Source: Epiperipatus broadwayi (Eukaryota > Animalia > Onychophora). Taken from it: a stretch of DNA of 64,000 bases. A program made the position numbers and the translations under genes. Positions 1-14,150 of this stretch are shown here, in pieces. Location of the stretch: the NCBI GenBank assembly GCA_028023455.1, contig JAQFVV010000009.1:17608001-17672000 (forward strand), written 5' to 3'. Positions within the stretch are counted from its first letter, which is position 1. Every line of letters begins with the position of its first letter. The notes under the pieces are model-generated. The model was given only the letters and a program-made list of their open reading frames with translations. It ran no database searches and was not told the origin of the DNA.

Positions 1-1580
1 ATATGTAACACATTTGGTGCTATTGTTCATCCAAATGGTAATTTATTGCAATTAAATAATCACTTATGGGTGTTAATGATCAAAAGTTTAGTTATTCTTA
101 TCATTATGGAAATGTGATGACATGCAAACTTTAAATTGATTTTAGAAAAATACTTCACTTTCTGTAAGAAGTTAAGATCTCATGAGCACTAGGTACAGAA
201 TAATATCCTTTATTAATGTACTTGTTCAGTGTTATATAATAGTGGCCTCATAGATAAATGATTCAATCCAGCTGTACAATTACCATAATTGGTGTTACCC
301 ATAATGACTCTTTAATAGGTGAAAGAATGCCTCTTTTAACCAAATCTTGGAATTGTTTATTTCACTTTCGACTTTAAGGCAAATGGAATCTTCTATGGTC
401 TATATGCAACTGGATGAATACCTTTCACTAGTTCAGTGTTGATAGACTATATGTTTAACTCTGATGGACCGACAGATGTGGAAATTTTTCTGCAATTTCT
501 TCCAACTGCATACTTTTTATTATGTTAATCCAATTTCTGTCCATTATTGGCCTTAAATTTCTTTTCACTATGTAAAGATGCAGATGTTTAACTCACAAAT
601 TAACTTTAATTGGTATAGTTGCTGCTTCATGTATTACTGGCCTGTTTCCATTTATGTCTGATACTACTACATCAGTTTTCTATAGTATTATATTTTTTTA
701 TTATTCTTTATAATATTTGTCCAATCATTTTGTAACATTAGAGACAATCCTGATTATCTGTCTATTTCCATCTTAACTTTTTGTTCAAAGATGTGAATGT
801 CCAACATAATATGGCTATTATCCACATCATTTGTCTTGTTAATACCACAATCTCTTTTACTTATCCCTCACTTTGATTTAGATTCCAGACATAGCTCATT
901 TTTAGTTTTCTTTAGAAAAACATGTGATAAACGTGCTATTTTTTCACAAACATGGCCTTGTTATCTTTAAATGATTATTCTTACCACAGAAATAACAAAT
1001 CCAAGCATTGGCTATATTTCTGCAGTTTGAATTTTCAGCTTCCATTTTATTTGCAATCATTGGGAATTTTCTTTATGTCTGTATTGTTTTGAATTCTGTG
1101 GTATTTTCTAATATCACTTTGTAAAATAAATATTTTTTCTATTGCACGTTTATATGTTAGATCATGTTAACTCAACAGGTCTTGTCTGAGCTTAGTGAAA
1201 GGTATTCTCCATAATAATTGGTCAAGCAACATGTCATCCAGCTTAGTTCTAAAGTTGCTCTCTTAAGTTAGTGTTTATAATTCCATGTTGTGATCTTGAA
1301 TTTTCTCATGGGTTGCATGATTTCTGTTTCTAAATCTGAGATGTGCCACAATATTGCAGGTTTAAAATACATAATTAACTTTTTTAAAAATTCTTAATAA
1401 GGTACTTCTTCAGAAACTTTCAGTTTGCAGAGTCAGTTGGCTACTTGTAATACTTCTTTAAGTATTTACCAGACCTTCACATTAATGTTGCTACTTTTAT
1501 TTTGTCATTCACAATATTGTTGATGAGCATGTATAAAGATACTTCATGTAGATTTGCCAATGCACTACATTATTAATATC
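1..1580 (-). mobile_element. Decayed Ty3/Gypsy (Mag-like) gag-protease-RT remnant, running off the window start
   Basis: Minus-strand translations with stops and frameshifts: protease end KHLHLYIVKRNLRPIMDRNWINIIK (~520-595); RT start KIPFALK...DLVKRGILSPIKESLWVTPI (~290-390); RT YFSKINLK...INTH...KLPFG.TIAP (~20-160); gag-like LDDMLLDQL (~1220-1250). The RT text closely parallels element B (30267-30575). No LTR identified. Confidence 0.8.
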
Positions 1581-2008
1581 ATATTCACTAATGGAACTAT
1601 TTTGTAGTGCTATTATCCTTCTTTGTTAATCAGCTATGGTGTTCTATGCCTAAACAACTTTTTTTTCACTTTCATTATAGTTTTCTTGAAATGTCAGTTG
1701 TGCCTGTCCGCTATATATTCTGGGGTATTATTGACAATATACGAGCTGAATATGCATCAGTAAAAATTAATATAGTTAAATTCAACATAAAAATTTAAAT
1801 TTAAAAAGTATGAATTTATTAACTTGAGAGGAAATAAATAGGTATTAGTAGAAGGAATTCAATACATTGATTAATCTTCTTAACAATGAAAAAGGCTGGG
1901 TACAGATTTATTCTTCTTAAGGTGTGACTTAAGCTTCTTCGCACTCTTAATATACATTGTATTTGTGTGTACTTCCTTTTCTGTTTCTCTTTTCACATAC
2001 TGTATGGA

Positions 2009-2601
2009 TAGTGTGACCAGATGTCTCGATTTTTCGGGATTTGTTCCTATTTTTGATTAGATGTCCCAGTGTCCTTGAAATGTCTTTTCAGGACTGTTGT
2101 ATGTCCAGATTTTCAAGTATTCATAATTATTATTTGTTTTACATAAATAATAATTCATGGCAAAAATGAGTTTCTTGGCCCTCTCTATCCATTTCAGTCT
2201 CTATAGTAATATTATAAAAACTTCAGACAAATTCCAACGCTAAAACAAAGATTGTTTTTACATTATATAGTCAGGTTCTCACATCCAACCTCACCTTGGA
2301 GCATGCACAGTTGGATTTTTGTATGCTAAAATTTGAACTGCATTTGCTTTGATTGTCAGTATAGTTTTACTAGTTCTTTGTTGATATTAATTTTCTGTAG
2401 TGATAAAATTAATAGGAATATTAATTAATAGGAATATTAATATTCCTAAACAATAGACAACATGCCAAAGAGGAAGTGTACTTACAACGATGAATATGCG
2501 CAGGAATGGAATTTTATAAAAATAAAAAAAAAGAATGCAATGCGGTAAACATGATTGATCATTATGTCCCGATTTTTGATCGAACCAGTCTGGTCACCCT
2601 A
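2009..2601. mobile_element. hAT MITE (Blackjack-like termini), 593 bp
   Basis: Termini TAGTGTGACCAGAT... / ...GTCTGGTCACCCTA (reverse complement TAGGGTGACCAGAC). Perfect 8-bp TSD TGTATGGA at 2001-2008 and 2602-2609. No ORF. The Blackjack subgroup is assigned from remembered terminal sequence. Confidence 0.9.
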
Positions 2602-3892
2602 TGTATGGATAGATTTCTGCAGTTTTACATCACTCATATAATCTACATAAAAGCATACATTAGTTTAATGAGAATTTAAATGCATGCTTAGCATATATGT
2701 AAAATTTTCTAAAGTGGAAATTTATTCGTTTCCTGTCTAACTATAATTACAACAAATATATGAATTTAATTTACAAAACTAATAAAACATACACCACATA
2801 TGGACACGCCCATAGTACTATGGTTCATCAAACAGAGGATGGATTAAGTGGGGTGATTTAACTAGGCTTGTAAACTAAAAACGTTTAATGTAGCAAACTT
2901 AATAGATAACAAGAGTAAATTCAAATAAAATCACATCTTGGTTGCATTGGATATGTGAAACAAATTATATGATTTCTTTAAAAAGCCGATCTCATTTGTG
3001 TTAAAAAGATCCCCTTTCAAATACATTCTATAGAAGTGTAATATTAAGTGTCTTCATTGTTAAGACATGACGAGGGATAAAATCCAATCAGTGTCTTGCG
3101 GTGAGATTAAAAAAATGGGAAGCGAACCTTCTTTTTTATTATACAAAATTTTCGATTATAAATATTTCCTTGTAATAATGAAGAAAATTGATAATACTGG
3201 GCAAGAATATCCATCAAAATTAGCTTTTGGGCATGAATTTTAATTCTATTCAGCCCTGAAATTAATTTTTCTGAAGTTGCATTGATAAAAGATATGATCA
3301 AGATTAAAAAGAAAACAATACTATTCGTGAAAAGAGAGAATTTATATATTCCATAACTTTCATAATATTTTTGCTTTTTAAATAGTCTGAATTATAAACT
3401 TATTAATTTATTTTTTTAACCTTGAAATGTGAAATTTTAAACAAACTAAATTAATATAAGGGCCTTCGCAGAATTTTGTCTAATAAATTTTTGATATTTT
3501 TGTATTAATCAATTCCAGAAAAAGTAAATTTGACAAGTTTTTAAACCGCTCATCTATTTGTATGAAAAGAATATCTAAAATTTTTAAAGAAGACATTTTT
3601 TTTATGGAATATATGTAAATATTTCATTTAAATTACCCACGTAATTTTCAAATTGATTACGTTTACAAATATTGTGGGGGAGGGGGGAGATAACTGTTCT
3701 ATTTTTAATAAACAATATTTTATGTCATAAGTTGAATAAAAGAAAATTTTTAAAGCATTTTATATAAATAACTATGTGTCATATTGGACTCAGTTTTTCC
3801 ATTTATCAGATTTTTTTAAGAATCATTTCAACATCATTATTAAATCTTTCTGGCATTTAAAAAGTGTTTCAATAATTTTTTTATTATATGCT

Positions 3893-4522
3893 TGTCATAT
3901 GTAATCCTGCCTTCAGAAGTGAACTAGGCCAGATTCCTTCCTTATCTGATACGATTGAGCATGCATTGCCGCTAACCAATGTGTAAACGTATGGATAAAA
4001 CACACCGAATGGTTAGTAAGGACCAATAGGCAATAATGGTCTCTGAATCCGAATGCTTCCAATAAGGTTGGGGATCTGGCAATAAATAGTCAGTCATTTT
4101 GGAGATAAGGAGAGAATGTCTGTCTAACCCAAGTGACAGTACACATTCTCCATTGAAACCACCACAAACAGTAAGCGATTCCATTATAGCCATTATGCTA
4201 TAGGTCTATGCAGTGAGACAAGTCCATGACAAGACTGGAAGCTGCTAATTCTGCAGCTGAATTGAGGCAAACTGTCTGATATGGCCAGAAGAATCATTGG
4301 ACAAATTCACAAAGCAGGCTGTTACATTCAGCCGGAAGAGAGTTGAATTTTTTGGGAACCACCTGCCCTGTATTAATTAAGATTATATACATGGCAGTAT
4401 ATTCATTGACAATGTATATGATATAAATATATTTAATCCTAATAAATTATATTAATTGAACTTTAGGTGTTTATATTTTGATTACTGTTAGTTTGGGTCT
4501 GCAATCCAGACCAAACATAAGA
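3893..4522 (+). repeat. 5' LTR of element A
   Basis: Starts TGTCATAT and aligns along its length with 8811-9449. Confidence 0.9.
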
Positions 4523-5009
4523 AAATTGGATCAGTCTGACAAAAGAAATATTTTCCTCCAAGACTGGAAAAATAGATTAAATATGCAAATGTGTAGTTAA
4601 ATACATTCATTGTATTTACAATACAGTGATTATTAAAATCACTATTCTGCCCAAATAAAAATCAGATTTGACAGTTTAGAAAAAAAAAGTTGACCAGAAA
4701 TGTTAGAGGCATGTCAATTGAAGTCTTAAACCAATCACAAGAGTTACTCATAATATAGGATAGGAAGCTCTCCCTAGTGAATTGTTAGCTTTGTCGTTAT
4801 CATTTTTTGACAGTTACAAACTGTAGCTGTCAAATTAACAGTACAAGTGGTAATTTGCAATTGTTCCTCTCTCAACATATAGAGGGGAAATCACAGCTAA
4901 TTTTTCTGGCTCCATGAAAGTTTTTGATTCAGTTTATTTTGAGGGCTGTTCAAGCTATAAGGAGTGATTAATTTTTTACCTACAAGCTAACCAGATCAAG
5001 AAGCCTGAA

Positions 5010-5690
5010 GTAAAATTAGACACATTAATGATGATGATAGGACATCAGACATACAAGATCCTGAAATCACAATCTACATCAGAAAAGCCACCTGACTAGA
5101 TTTTGACAAAACAGCGACTCACAGATTATTTTTCCCCAAAACCTCTGACAATAAGGCAGAGATATTATTTCAATCTCTGCATTGAAGAGCAGGTGGAAAA
5201 AAACAGAGAATTTGCAACATGAATCCAGACATTGGAATTAAAGTGCGATTTCAAAAATTTCCTGAATGAAGCACTTCATGATTGTTTTATTTGCAGGATA
5301 AATGGTCACAACTTAAGACTTAAACTACTAATGGTGCCAGATTTAGACTTTGAATAAGCTTTGTCCCAAGCAATACTAGCAGAATCAACAGCTAGTTAGG
5401 CAAACTCATTAAAAAAAATTTTAATTATGATGTGCAAAAAATCAAACAAAACACTGAGTTGGTAAAACACCCAGCCAACTCGGATAATTCAGCAACAATG
5501 CATATAAAGGGTTGTTATAGATGTGATGAAAAGATGTTGTTATAGATGTGATGAAAAGATGCACACACATACTGAATGCCTGCACTCCTATACTGTGTGT
5601 ACATTTTACAAGTGAGTCAGGCATATAAGAGCTGTTTGCCAGAAAATGAAGAGACAAGTAGCCAATATGAGAATGGGAAAACCCATTCCA
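5010..5690 (+). pseudogene. gag: gag remnant of element A with CCHC zinc knuckles
   Basis: LKCDFKNFLNEALHDCFICRING...KLLMVPDLDFE (~5240-5355); knuckle CYRCDEKMHTHTEC (~5538-5579); second degenerate knuckle ending RHIRAVC. Stops and frameshifts present. Confidence 0.8.
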
Positions 5691-5779
5691 AATGTGAGAA
5701 TGGAATACCCCATTCAAAAAAATAAAGAAGTTGCCTGTATAAATCATATAAAAAAGTCAGTCTGGATTTAAACATAGGA

Positions 5780-8720
5780 GTGTTATTAATGATACACTAG
5801 TTGCAATGGAACTAGACACAGAGTCTGCAATGTTCATCATTTCAAAAAAGACCTTGGTTATCATTAATAAAAATATTGAATAGAAGCTACATCATAGCAG
5901 CAAGTCAATAACAGACTATCAGGGCAATCAAAACTGAGGGGTTAAACAACAGTTAAAATTACAATGCCTAGTAAGACTAAATACCTACCACTGGTGGAGA
6001 CTTCAGATGATCATAGTAACTTATTAGGCCATGACTGTTTCAGTCACTTAGGTTTTGGAGTGACAAAGGTAAACCAGATCACAGCACTATGCAAATTAAA
6101 ATCTGATTACTTGGATGTGTTTAATAAAGATATGGGTCTGTACTTAGGACAACCAATTCATTTACCATTAAAGAAAGAGGTAAAGCTGGTAGGTAGTTGG
6201 TGCAGATCAATGTCTTGGCCTTGAGGCAGAGCTCAAAGAATAAGAGATAGCAAGGATTATACAGCCCATAACATATTCAGAGTCAGCCACCCCAATAATG
6301 CCAATCCTAAAAGAAAATGGTAATTTGTGTATATGTGAGGATTACTGGTGCACAAATAATAAAACACTGGCACCTGTTATATTTACAACTACCAGTGGAT
6401 GATCAGGTTGCAAGAGCATTGCCAATAATAACACATAAAGGCTTATTTAAAATGAACTGATTTCCTTTAGGTACATTGGTCAACCCAGCAATATTCCAGA
6501 GAGTTGTGGATCAACTGGCTGCTGGAATACTGGGTGCATTATCATATTTTGATGATTTTTTAAATAGTGGCACATATACTAGTACAACACTGGAGTGTCA
6601 CAAAGAAACTCCTAAACAAATTCAAAGCTTCTGGCATTAAAACAAACTTATATCTAAGTGTATATTTAAAGCCAAAGAACTGGAGTTTCTTGGATACAGG
6701 ATGAATGCAAGTGACATTCATCCAACTTAAAAGAAAGTTATGGAAATTAAAAAATCCAAAATACCAGAAAACAAGAAAGAGCTACAGTCCTTTTTGGAAC
6801 TCATAAAATTATTATGGTTTTCGATCATAAAATTGAGGCTGCTCTAACATGTGATGCATCACCAGTCAGAACAGGGGTAGGGTTGTCCCATAGGAATGGT
6901 GATGGGACACCCAAACCAATTGCCTTTATGTTAAAGTGTCTCTCAAAAACTAAGAAAAACTATGCTCAAATTCATAGAGAAGCTCCTGCTTTGATTAATA
7001 GCATTAAAAAATTTCACAACTATCTATATGGTAGATTGTTCATCCTACAGTCAGATCATAGATCCCTATTGCAAATATTTACATCTGACAAGAGAATCTT
7101 TCAGTATACCTCACCATAAATGCTTTGGTGGTTCAATTTTTTTCAGGCTATAATTTTACACTATATTAATAGAGGGAAAACATATTTCCCATGTTGATGC
7201 ATTAAGTCAATTGCCTGCAGAGGCTACAAACAATCTCAGAACATCAATCAATTAACATGATTGACTTTGAATCAAAGGCAACCCTGAACATTAAGACAGT
7301 GTCTGTATGGACCACTATGACCCTGGATTCCCAAAGGTACAAACATATATTCAACAGGATTGGCCAAAGAAAAAAACCCAGATGAGTTGGATTAAGTCTA
7401 CTGTATACAAAAGCCGAATCTCTCAACTGAACATGACTGCATTATCTGGGGGATCAGAGTAGTGATTCCCCTGGCTGAACAATCCCAGGTGCTCAGTCTC
7501 TTACATAATGGGCATCTGGGGTAGTCTGAATGAAGATGCTGGCCAGATCATATGTGTATGGTGGCCTAATTTGGATGCTGATATTAAGGCTAAAGTCCAC
7601 TTCTAGCAGTGAAAAATGAATCAAAACATGCTAAAAAAGGACAAAACAATTTAATGGCCCAAACCTGAATGGCCCTGATCTAGACTTTATGTGGATCATT
7701 CAGGCACCTAAAAAGACAAACTTCTGTTTATTCATATACCAAGTGGTTGGAAGTAGTGGAATTCTTATCACTTTAGTCCACATCACCAATAGAAGCTCTT
7801 AGGAGGCTATTTGTAACATATGGCCTAACTAAAACAAATGTCAGACAATGACACAGCATTTACAGCATGTTTGTACCAATAATGGCATTGAACTAATGTA
7901 CAGCCCACTATTTTACCCAAAAAGCAGTGGCCAGTCTGAAAGACTAGTTCAAGGGACACAAAAGTTGATAACAAAGATGGATACAGGTAGCTGAAGCAAC
8001 CAGAGAATGCAACAGCATTTCACCCAAAATACAACAACAAAAAAGATCCCAGAAGAACTGCTATTAAATAGATATTTGCAAACCAACCTGTCAGCCCTGA
8101 AACATGTTCCAAACTGGGGGGAAAAGAAAATGACAATATAAAAGTACAAATAGGCACTCAGGTACTATGCAGAATTTACAATGGTACCACAAAATTGATC
8201 CCAGCAGTGATGATGCAACTAAAAGATTTTACACAGTAGTAGTAATAGTAATGACAGATGATTGTCAACATCATCACCACCTTAACCAAACTGAGCCTAA
8301 GTCATACACAATGGAAGACAGCAGAAAACTAAATGAACATCCAGAGACAAGTACATCAAACAAAGATTATGACAACCAAACTGAAGGTGGCTGCTTATTT
8401 GCAAACCAACCCATCAGTCCTGAAATCTAATCCAAACTATGAGAAAAAAGGAAATGACAATATAAAAGTGCAAATAGGCACTCATGTATTATGCAGAATT
8501 TACAATGGTACCACAAAATTGATCCCTACAGTGGTGATGCAACTAAAACATTTTACACAGTAGTAGTAGTAGTAGTCATTGCAGATGGTTGTCAACATCA
8601 TCACTACCTAAGCCAACTGAACCTAAATCATACACAACTGAAGACAGAAGAAAAACAAATTAACATCCGGAGACAAGTACATCAAGCAAAGATGATAACA
8701 ACCAAACTGAAGGCAGCTGT
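5780..8720 (+). pseudogene. pol: pol remnant of element A (PR-RT-RNase H-integrase)
   Basis: PR MELDTESA (~5807); RT fragments 6150-6800; RNase H LTCDASPV...PIAF...NYAQIHREA...FHNYLYGRLFILQSDHRSL (ORF 6814-7119); integrase HNGHLG...YV.WPNLDADIK and core (7500-7950). Confidence 0.9.
8073..8719 (+). repeat. Tandem duplication (~323-bp unit x2) of the integrase C-terminal tail
   Basis: Units 8073-8395 and 8396-8719 both begin TATTTGCAAACCAACC. They give the near-identical ORF starts MQNLQWYHKIDP at 8167 and 8491. Confidence 0.9.
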
Positions 8721-8810
8721 AAACCAAAGGAACCAACAAAGTGACAAGACATCATCCAGCACATCTATAAGACTATATTCTCCAGAGCTAGTTTTAGCCA
8801 GAGGGAGGGA

Positions 8811-9449
8811 TGTCATATCTCATCCTGCCTTCAGAAGTGAACTAGTCCAGATTCATTCTTTATCTGACCACACTGAGCATTCATTGTTGTTAACTAAATT
8901 GTAAACATATAGATAAAACAGCTAATAGTATGGTGCAATGGGTAATGATGCTCTGAATGTATTGTTTCCAGTAAGGTTGGGGATTTGATAATAAATAGTC
9001 AGTGGGTAATGATGCTCTCTGAATCTATTGCTTCCAGTAAGGTTGGGGATTTGACAGTAAATAGTCAGCCTTCTTAAGGAGATAAGGTCTGTCTAACCTA
9101 AGTGACACATTCTCCATTGAAACCACTTCTAATAGTGAGAAATTTCTACTCTACACAGTGAGGCAAGTCCACAATAGGACTGGAAGCTGCTAAGATCAGA
9201 GCTGATCTGTCTGGCTGATCTTTCAGGTACAATTTGAAGAGTCATTGGACAAACTCCCAGGGTAGGCTGTTACATACAGCTGGAATTGAGTCCTTTTGGG
9301 CACCACTGGCCCTGCATTAATGGAGATTATATATGTAGCAGTATATGATGTAAATGTATTTAATCCTAATAAATTGTATTAATTGAACGTCAGGTGTTCA
9401 TATTTTTGTTACTGTTGGTTGGAGTCTGCAATTCAGACCCAACACAATA
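8811..9449 (+). repeat. 3' LTR of element A
   Basis: Follows the PPT. Contains an internal tandem duplication (8939-9002 / 9003-9068) that is absent from the 5' LTR. Confidence 0.9.
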
Positions 9450-12400
9450 ATTCTCACCTTTTGCACATACAGATGAAAATCTTATTTTAACTTTTTCCAC
9501 TCTGTTATTCTGTTTTGTAGAATTATTGAAAAACGATATCAAACCACTAATTGTTTTAAAAAAAGATTTTCTTTTTTGATTTGTGACTTTTCAAGAGCTT
9601 GAACAAAACTAAATTTATTCTACAGCACAACAGTGAACAAAAAAAACTCCTGAATGTTGTTGTTTAATGTAGTGAACTCATACTAATTCAGAAGAAGCTT
9701 ACCCTCAAATAATGGACTTACCAACTAAATTTAATTCCAATTACAATAAAACTAGCCAAGGAAATATTAATAAAAAGGAATAAACAACAAATTAAATAAC
9801 TACACCAATTGGAAAGCGAGGTCAGTGAGATTAATATTTTTGTGTAAGATCTTATTATGTATAGAAGTCTATTTAAGAGGGAAATCAAACATTGCACATA
9901 ACTGTCAGGATTGAACTTCACTGTGTACCTTATCATTATTGTGTAAGTTGTGAGTCAGGCTCAACAGTAGAGCTGGAAACTGCTGACTAAAATCACCAAC
10001 ATACCTGTACATAATGCAGATTCCCAGTGGGATGGAATGTCAAGATCTCAACAGGGAAATCACTGCATTCCTCCCAAACAATAGCTGCATGGCTCACAGC
10101 TAAACTGTATATTTCACCAACCATGATAAAGGCAAAGTATTATATATAAATGCTCATATATATTCTATCCAAAATATCATGTCTGTATTTGTATATATTT
10201 ATAATGTATTTTTTAATAGTAAATACCTTTGTATTTATTTCTTGAGGTGTATTGTTATAAAAAGGCCAGAAATATGCTGGCCCTATTACACTATAAACAA
10301 TTACAATATAGGCACAACATTTTATTTTTTCCCAAAGCTCTGACAAATGTTTACACACTGCACAATCACAGATTTGTACAATTATCTTTTCTATATATAT
10401 ATTTTTTTAAAAATGAAGTGAATTTTCGGCAAAAGCAGATGATATTACAGTTATGGTTAAAATGTACAAATTGTTCATGAACATTTTCATTTAAATAGGA
10501 ATTAGTATAATTGATAACTAAAATATTCCTACAATCTGTAGCTTCATCAAATGATATCACATCAAATAAAACCCTTTTTATTTTATTTTGGAATATAATT
10601 AAAAACACTTCAGCAGAATATATCACATCATTCTATATATGCATAGGAAGTCCGAAAATAAGCTTGCAGTATCTAAGTGACATGACAATAACCATCATAA
10701 ATACTTAGGAATATATAAATTAGCATATTGTAGACTGAAAATTATCATTAATACAATAGAGACAACTGTGTTAATATAGCATATTTGCTAAGTAAAATGT
10801 TATCACAATTAAACATTCTAATTTTTCAAATTTCTCTTAACCTTTTCTTTGTAAATTAAATATTTAAAGCTGTTTGTGAATTTATAGCTCAGTTAAAATG
10901 ACTTCAAAATATATTAAACAAAATCATAAATTTTTAGATGATTTAATGATATTTTATGTTGTTGTTTTTTTTTGAGCTTTGAAAAATTTATTCAAGTCTC
11001 TTAAACCAACAAAATAATTTTCTTTTGTTATAGCCTATTAACCAAAGTTTTATATCATAACAGTATTAAATTGTTAGATAGAGATAACATCTATTTAAAT
11101 TTATTATTTCTGATTTTAGTCACATTTTTTTTATTGTTTATCAATAAATTTCCAATTTGAATGATGTTGGCAATTAAAAAATCAAAATTGTGCAAAATTT
11201 ATCAAATAGATATGTTTATTACAAAATTATAATCAATCTTAAAAATATATATTGTAAAAAAATGTGCATAATACAAGCAAAGTACAATTGAAATATTATT
11301 TTTTGCTTACTAATATTAATTTAATAAAAGTATTTTTAAGTAATAATTTACTAAAGCTGTAACCTTAGAAATAAGCGTCTGAAAAATACGAAGGTAGGGA
11401 CCTCTATAGGTCTTAAAACTATTACTTAATATAATAATGGGCGTTTAATAAAATTTATAATTAAAAGTATTTTTATAATATTTAAATGATAATAGCAAAT
11501 TTATTATACACAATTGAGTTATTCAGGGTTGGGGAAAAAATGTATAATTTGTTAAAAAAAAATTAAACTAATATCACTCTGTCACTAGTACAACTTTATA
11601 CTGAGTTACATTGCAAATACAAATTGATAATTGCTTCCATGAGAAAGGAAAAAACATGTTATTACTAATATCTTTGAATTATAATCATGACATAACTTTT
11701 TAATATTGTATAGATTTGATTCAATCAATTGCTTCCACAAGACAAAAATATGACAGTGCAAGAAATATCAGAAAAAAGTATTCTGGGACTAATAGTAATG
11801 GAATATTATAATGATGAACTAAAATAAATAATTCTTTGATTTGCCTTTATATTGTAATGGTCGACTCGTATATCTTGTTAACACACTGCAGAATTCAAAC
11901 GCCAGACAGAAATTCAACACTCTAGGAGGGTTTGCCTTCTAGAAATCCTAAGTTCAAATCTAAAGTCTACACTCCACAGTGCCACCTATGTGATAACACA
12001 TCTGATGCTACTAATAACATAGTTTTTTTGCCAGTGCCAGTGGTCAGGGAGAAACAAGAGACTCTATATTATAATACATCATTAGGTTCGCTAACTAACG
12101 ACTATGGATGGTACAAAATATATAGATATAAAATAAGATATAGACCAAGGTATTGGTGTACATCACAGAAAATAAATCAATAATATCAAAATGATTAAAA
12201 TTTAAATACTGTTTATTAATTGAACATTATAAAGATGGCATTGTCTGTATAAGCCAGACCGTGCTATTAACTCATTAAAATGTAGGTTTGAAATAACTTT
12301 AATGAAATGCCATTTAGATTTACATTAATGACTTGTTAATTTATTTATACTCTTTATACCTTGAGTTAATGCAAGATAATATCATAATAATGTGCTTAAG

Positions 12401-14027
12401 CAAAAGTATAGTTACATAAAGAAAGGTTGCTTTCAAAATATGCGAGACCTACAATGAATATAATAATTATTAGCTTAATTCAATTTTACATTTAAGATTG
12501 GAGACAAGAACCTATATTGAATTCAAGAATAGTACAGATGAAAGTTCACTATTAAAAGAGATTGGTGGTACCAGTGAAGGATCAATATACAGGATGGAAT
12601 GTGATATGTTAAAACTGTGTGACTTGGTGAATTAAAATAAAATAATAAATAACAAAATTAAAGCAGATGGGATGGCATCTCACCATGGACTTCTGTGGAA
12701 GTTTTTGTCACAAACAGTCTGAGTTTGGTATTGTACCATGAAACTCCATGGCTGGGTGACTTAGACATAAAATTCATAGGTATAGCTTTCTTGTGCATAT
12801 ACTATCTGGAAACTGTGAAAAGGGAAGGGAAAGGTCTGAGCTGTAAATCCCTAGAGAACAAAGCAGGTCTCAACAACTCATACCCTTACACTGGTAACAC
12901 ACAACTTAAAGCATAAACGAATATAGAAGGGGTAACTAAGTAAGTAAAAGTGCTTAACCAATTCCTAAATAATTTTAAGATGGCCCGCACTTCCTTGACC
13001 TCAACTTTTACAGTTCATAAATTATGTTATAAATACAATAAAATAAGTTACTTTAAAATAAGAAAATTGGAGAGAAATGCATGATTAAAAAAAAGAGGAA
13101 TACATAAGATTATATGTAGTCATGCATTTCTCTATATTATATAGTCCACTTATTAATTTCATGCATATCGTCGCATTATAAAAAAATGCAAAATATACCT
13201 TTCTTGAAAGACATATATAATTAAAAGATTAATAAAAGTTAAAATAAAGTAGCCCTCGAACAAGTGATTTTAAAAGACATTTAATAAGGGGTCAATTATA
13301 CAATTTATCCACAATAATATGGTGGCATATTAATAAAAGGGAAAATAAATAATTTGCTCATTTGATGATTATCTAAGCACATTACCATAATAAAGACATA
13401 AAATAAATTAGCAAATATATAAAATAGAAAATATCAACCCAAGAATAGAGAGAAAAGCATACAAGTTAGATTACAAAATATGCTATAGAATTATGCAGTT
13501 TTATAATAAAAAATACATTTAAATTTAGCTATCATTAAAGGAAAATATACAACACAAGAGCTCTTGGGTTAATTGAGATTACCTCATATCAGTTGAGCAG
13601 TCTGTGCACATTTTGTCTTCTCTAGTTGACTTTAATTGGAGACTTTAATGGAAGTTAAGCACCATTGATCTTGAAGTGACAGATTATTGGTCCATGATCA
13701 AATATGACACATTTTCATCAGCAGCAGCAGTTTACAATAGGTGTGGGGCATCTGATGTTGCAGGTTGGCCATTTTCCCGAGAAGAAAGAGAGCCTTATCA
13801 CCAGCCCTACTCAGACATTCTACTTTCAATTAGCAAAGGCTGTATCAAAATATATGAACTTGTTGAAAATTAAGGCGAGTTCAGCTTCTTGGTATATATA
13901 GTTTCAGTAAATTCAGCTGTATTAAACTCTCAAAATAGTATATTCAGCTGCTAATTCAACTGAATAAAATTTAAAATAATATCTCAAAAGTTAACTAAGA
14001 ACAACTCTGAGTCAGAATAGAATCAGA

Positions 14028-14150
14028 ATAGAAAAGCATAGCATATAATAATTAGAAAAGCATATGCATAGGAAAGCATATGATATATCTCTATTTAGAA
14101 AAGCATAGCATTGGATATCTCTATTTAGAAAAGCGTAATCATAGCATAAC
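14028..14150. repeat. Degenerate minisatellite (TAGAAAAGCATA-type motif)
   Basis: About five TAGAAAAGC-like motifs; GATATCTCTATTTAGAAAAGC occurs twice, nearly identical. Confidence 0.6.

Larger units (their letters stand above)
3893..9449 (+). mobile_element. Ty3/Gypsy LTR retrotransposon A (full-length, decayed)
   Basis: Paired LTRs at 3893-4522 and 8811-9449. PPT GAGGGAGGGA at 8801-8810. PBS-like TGGATCAGTCTG from ~4527. 5-bp TSD ATGCT/ATTCT (one mismatch). Internal order is gag, PR, RT, RH, IN. Confidence 0.95.

Noticed and set aside
10140-10708. Cluster of short overlapping ORFs on both strands
   Set aside because: AT-rich I/K/N/F/Y-biased translations with no motif, as expected by chance. 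The same applies to most 60-90 aa ORFs in the track.
13550-13900. Possible LINE RT fragment on the minus strand (CLSRAGDKALFLLGKMANL...)
   Set aside because: Only a vague resemblance with no diagnostic motif; not supportable.
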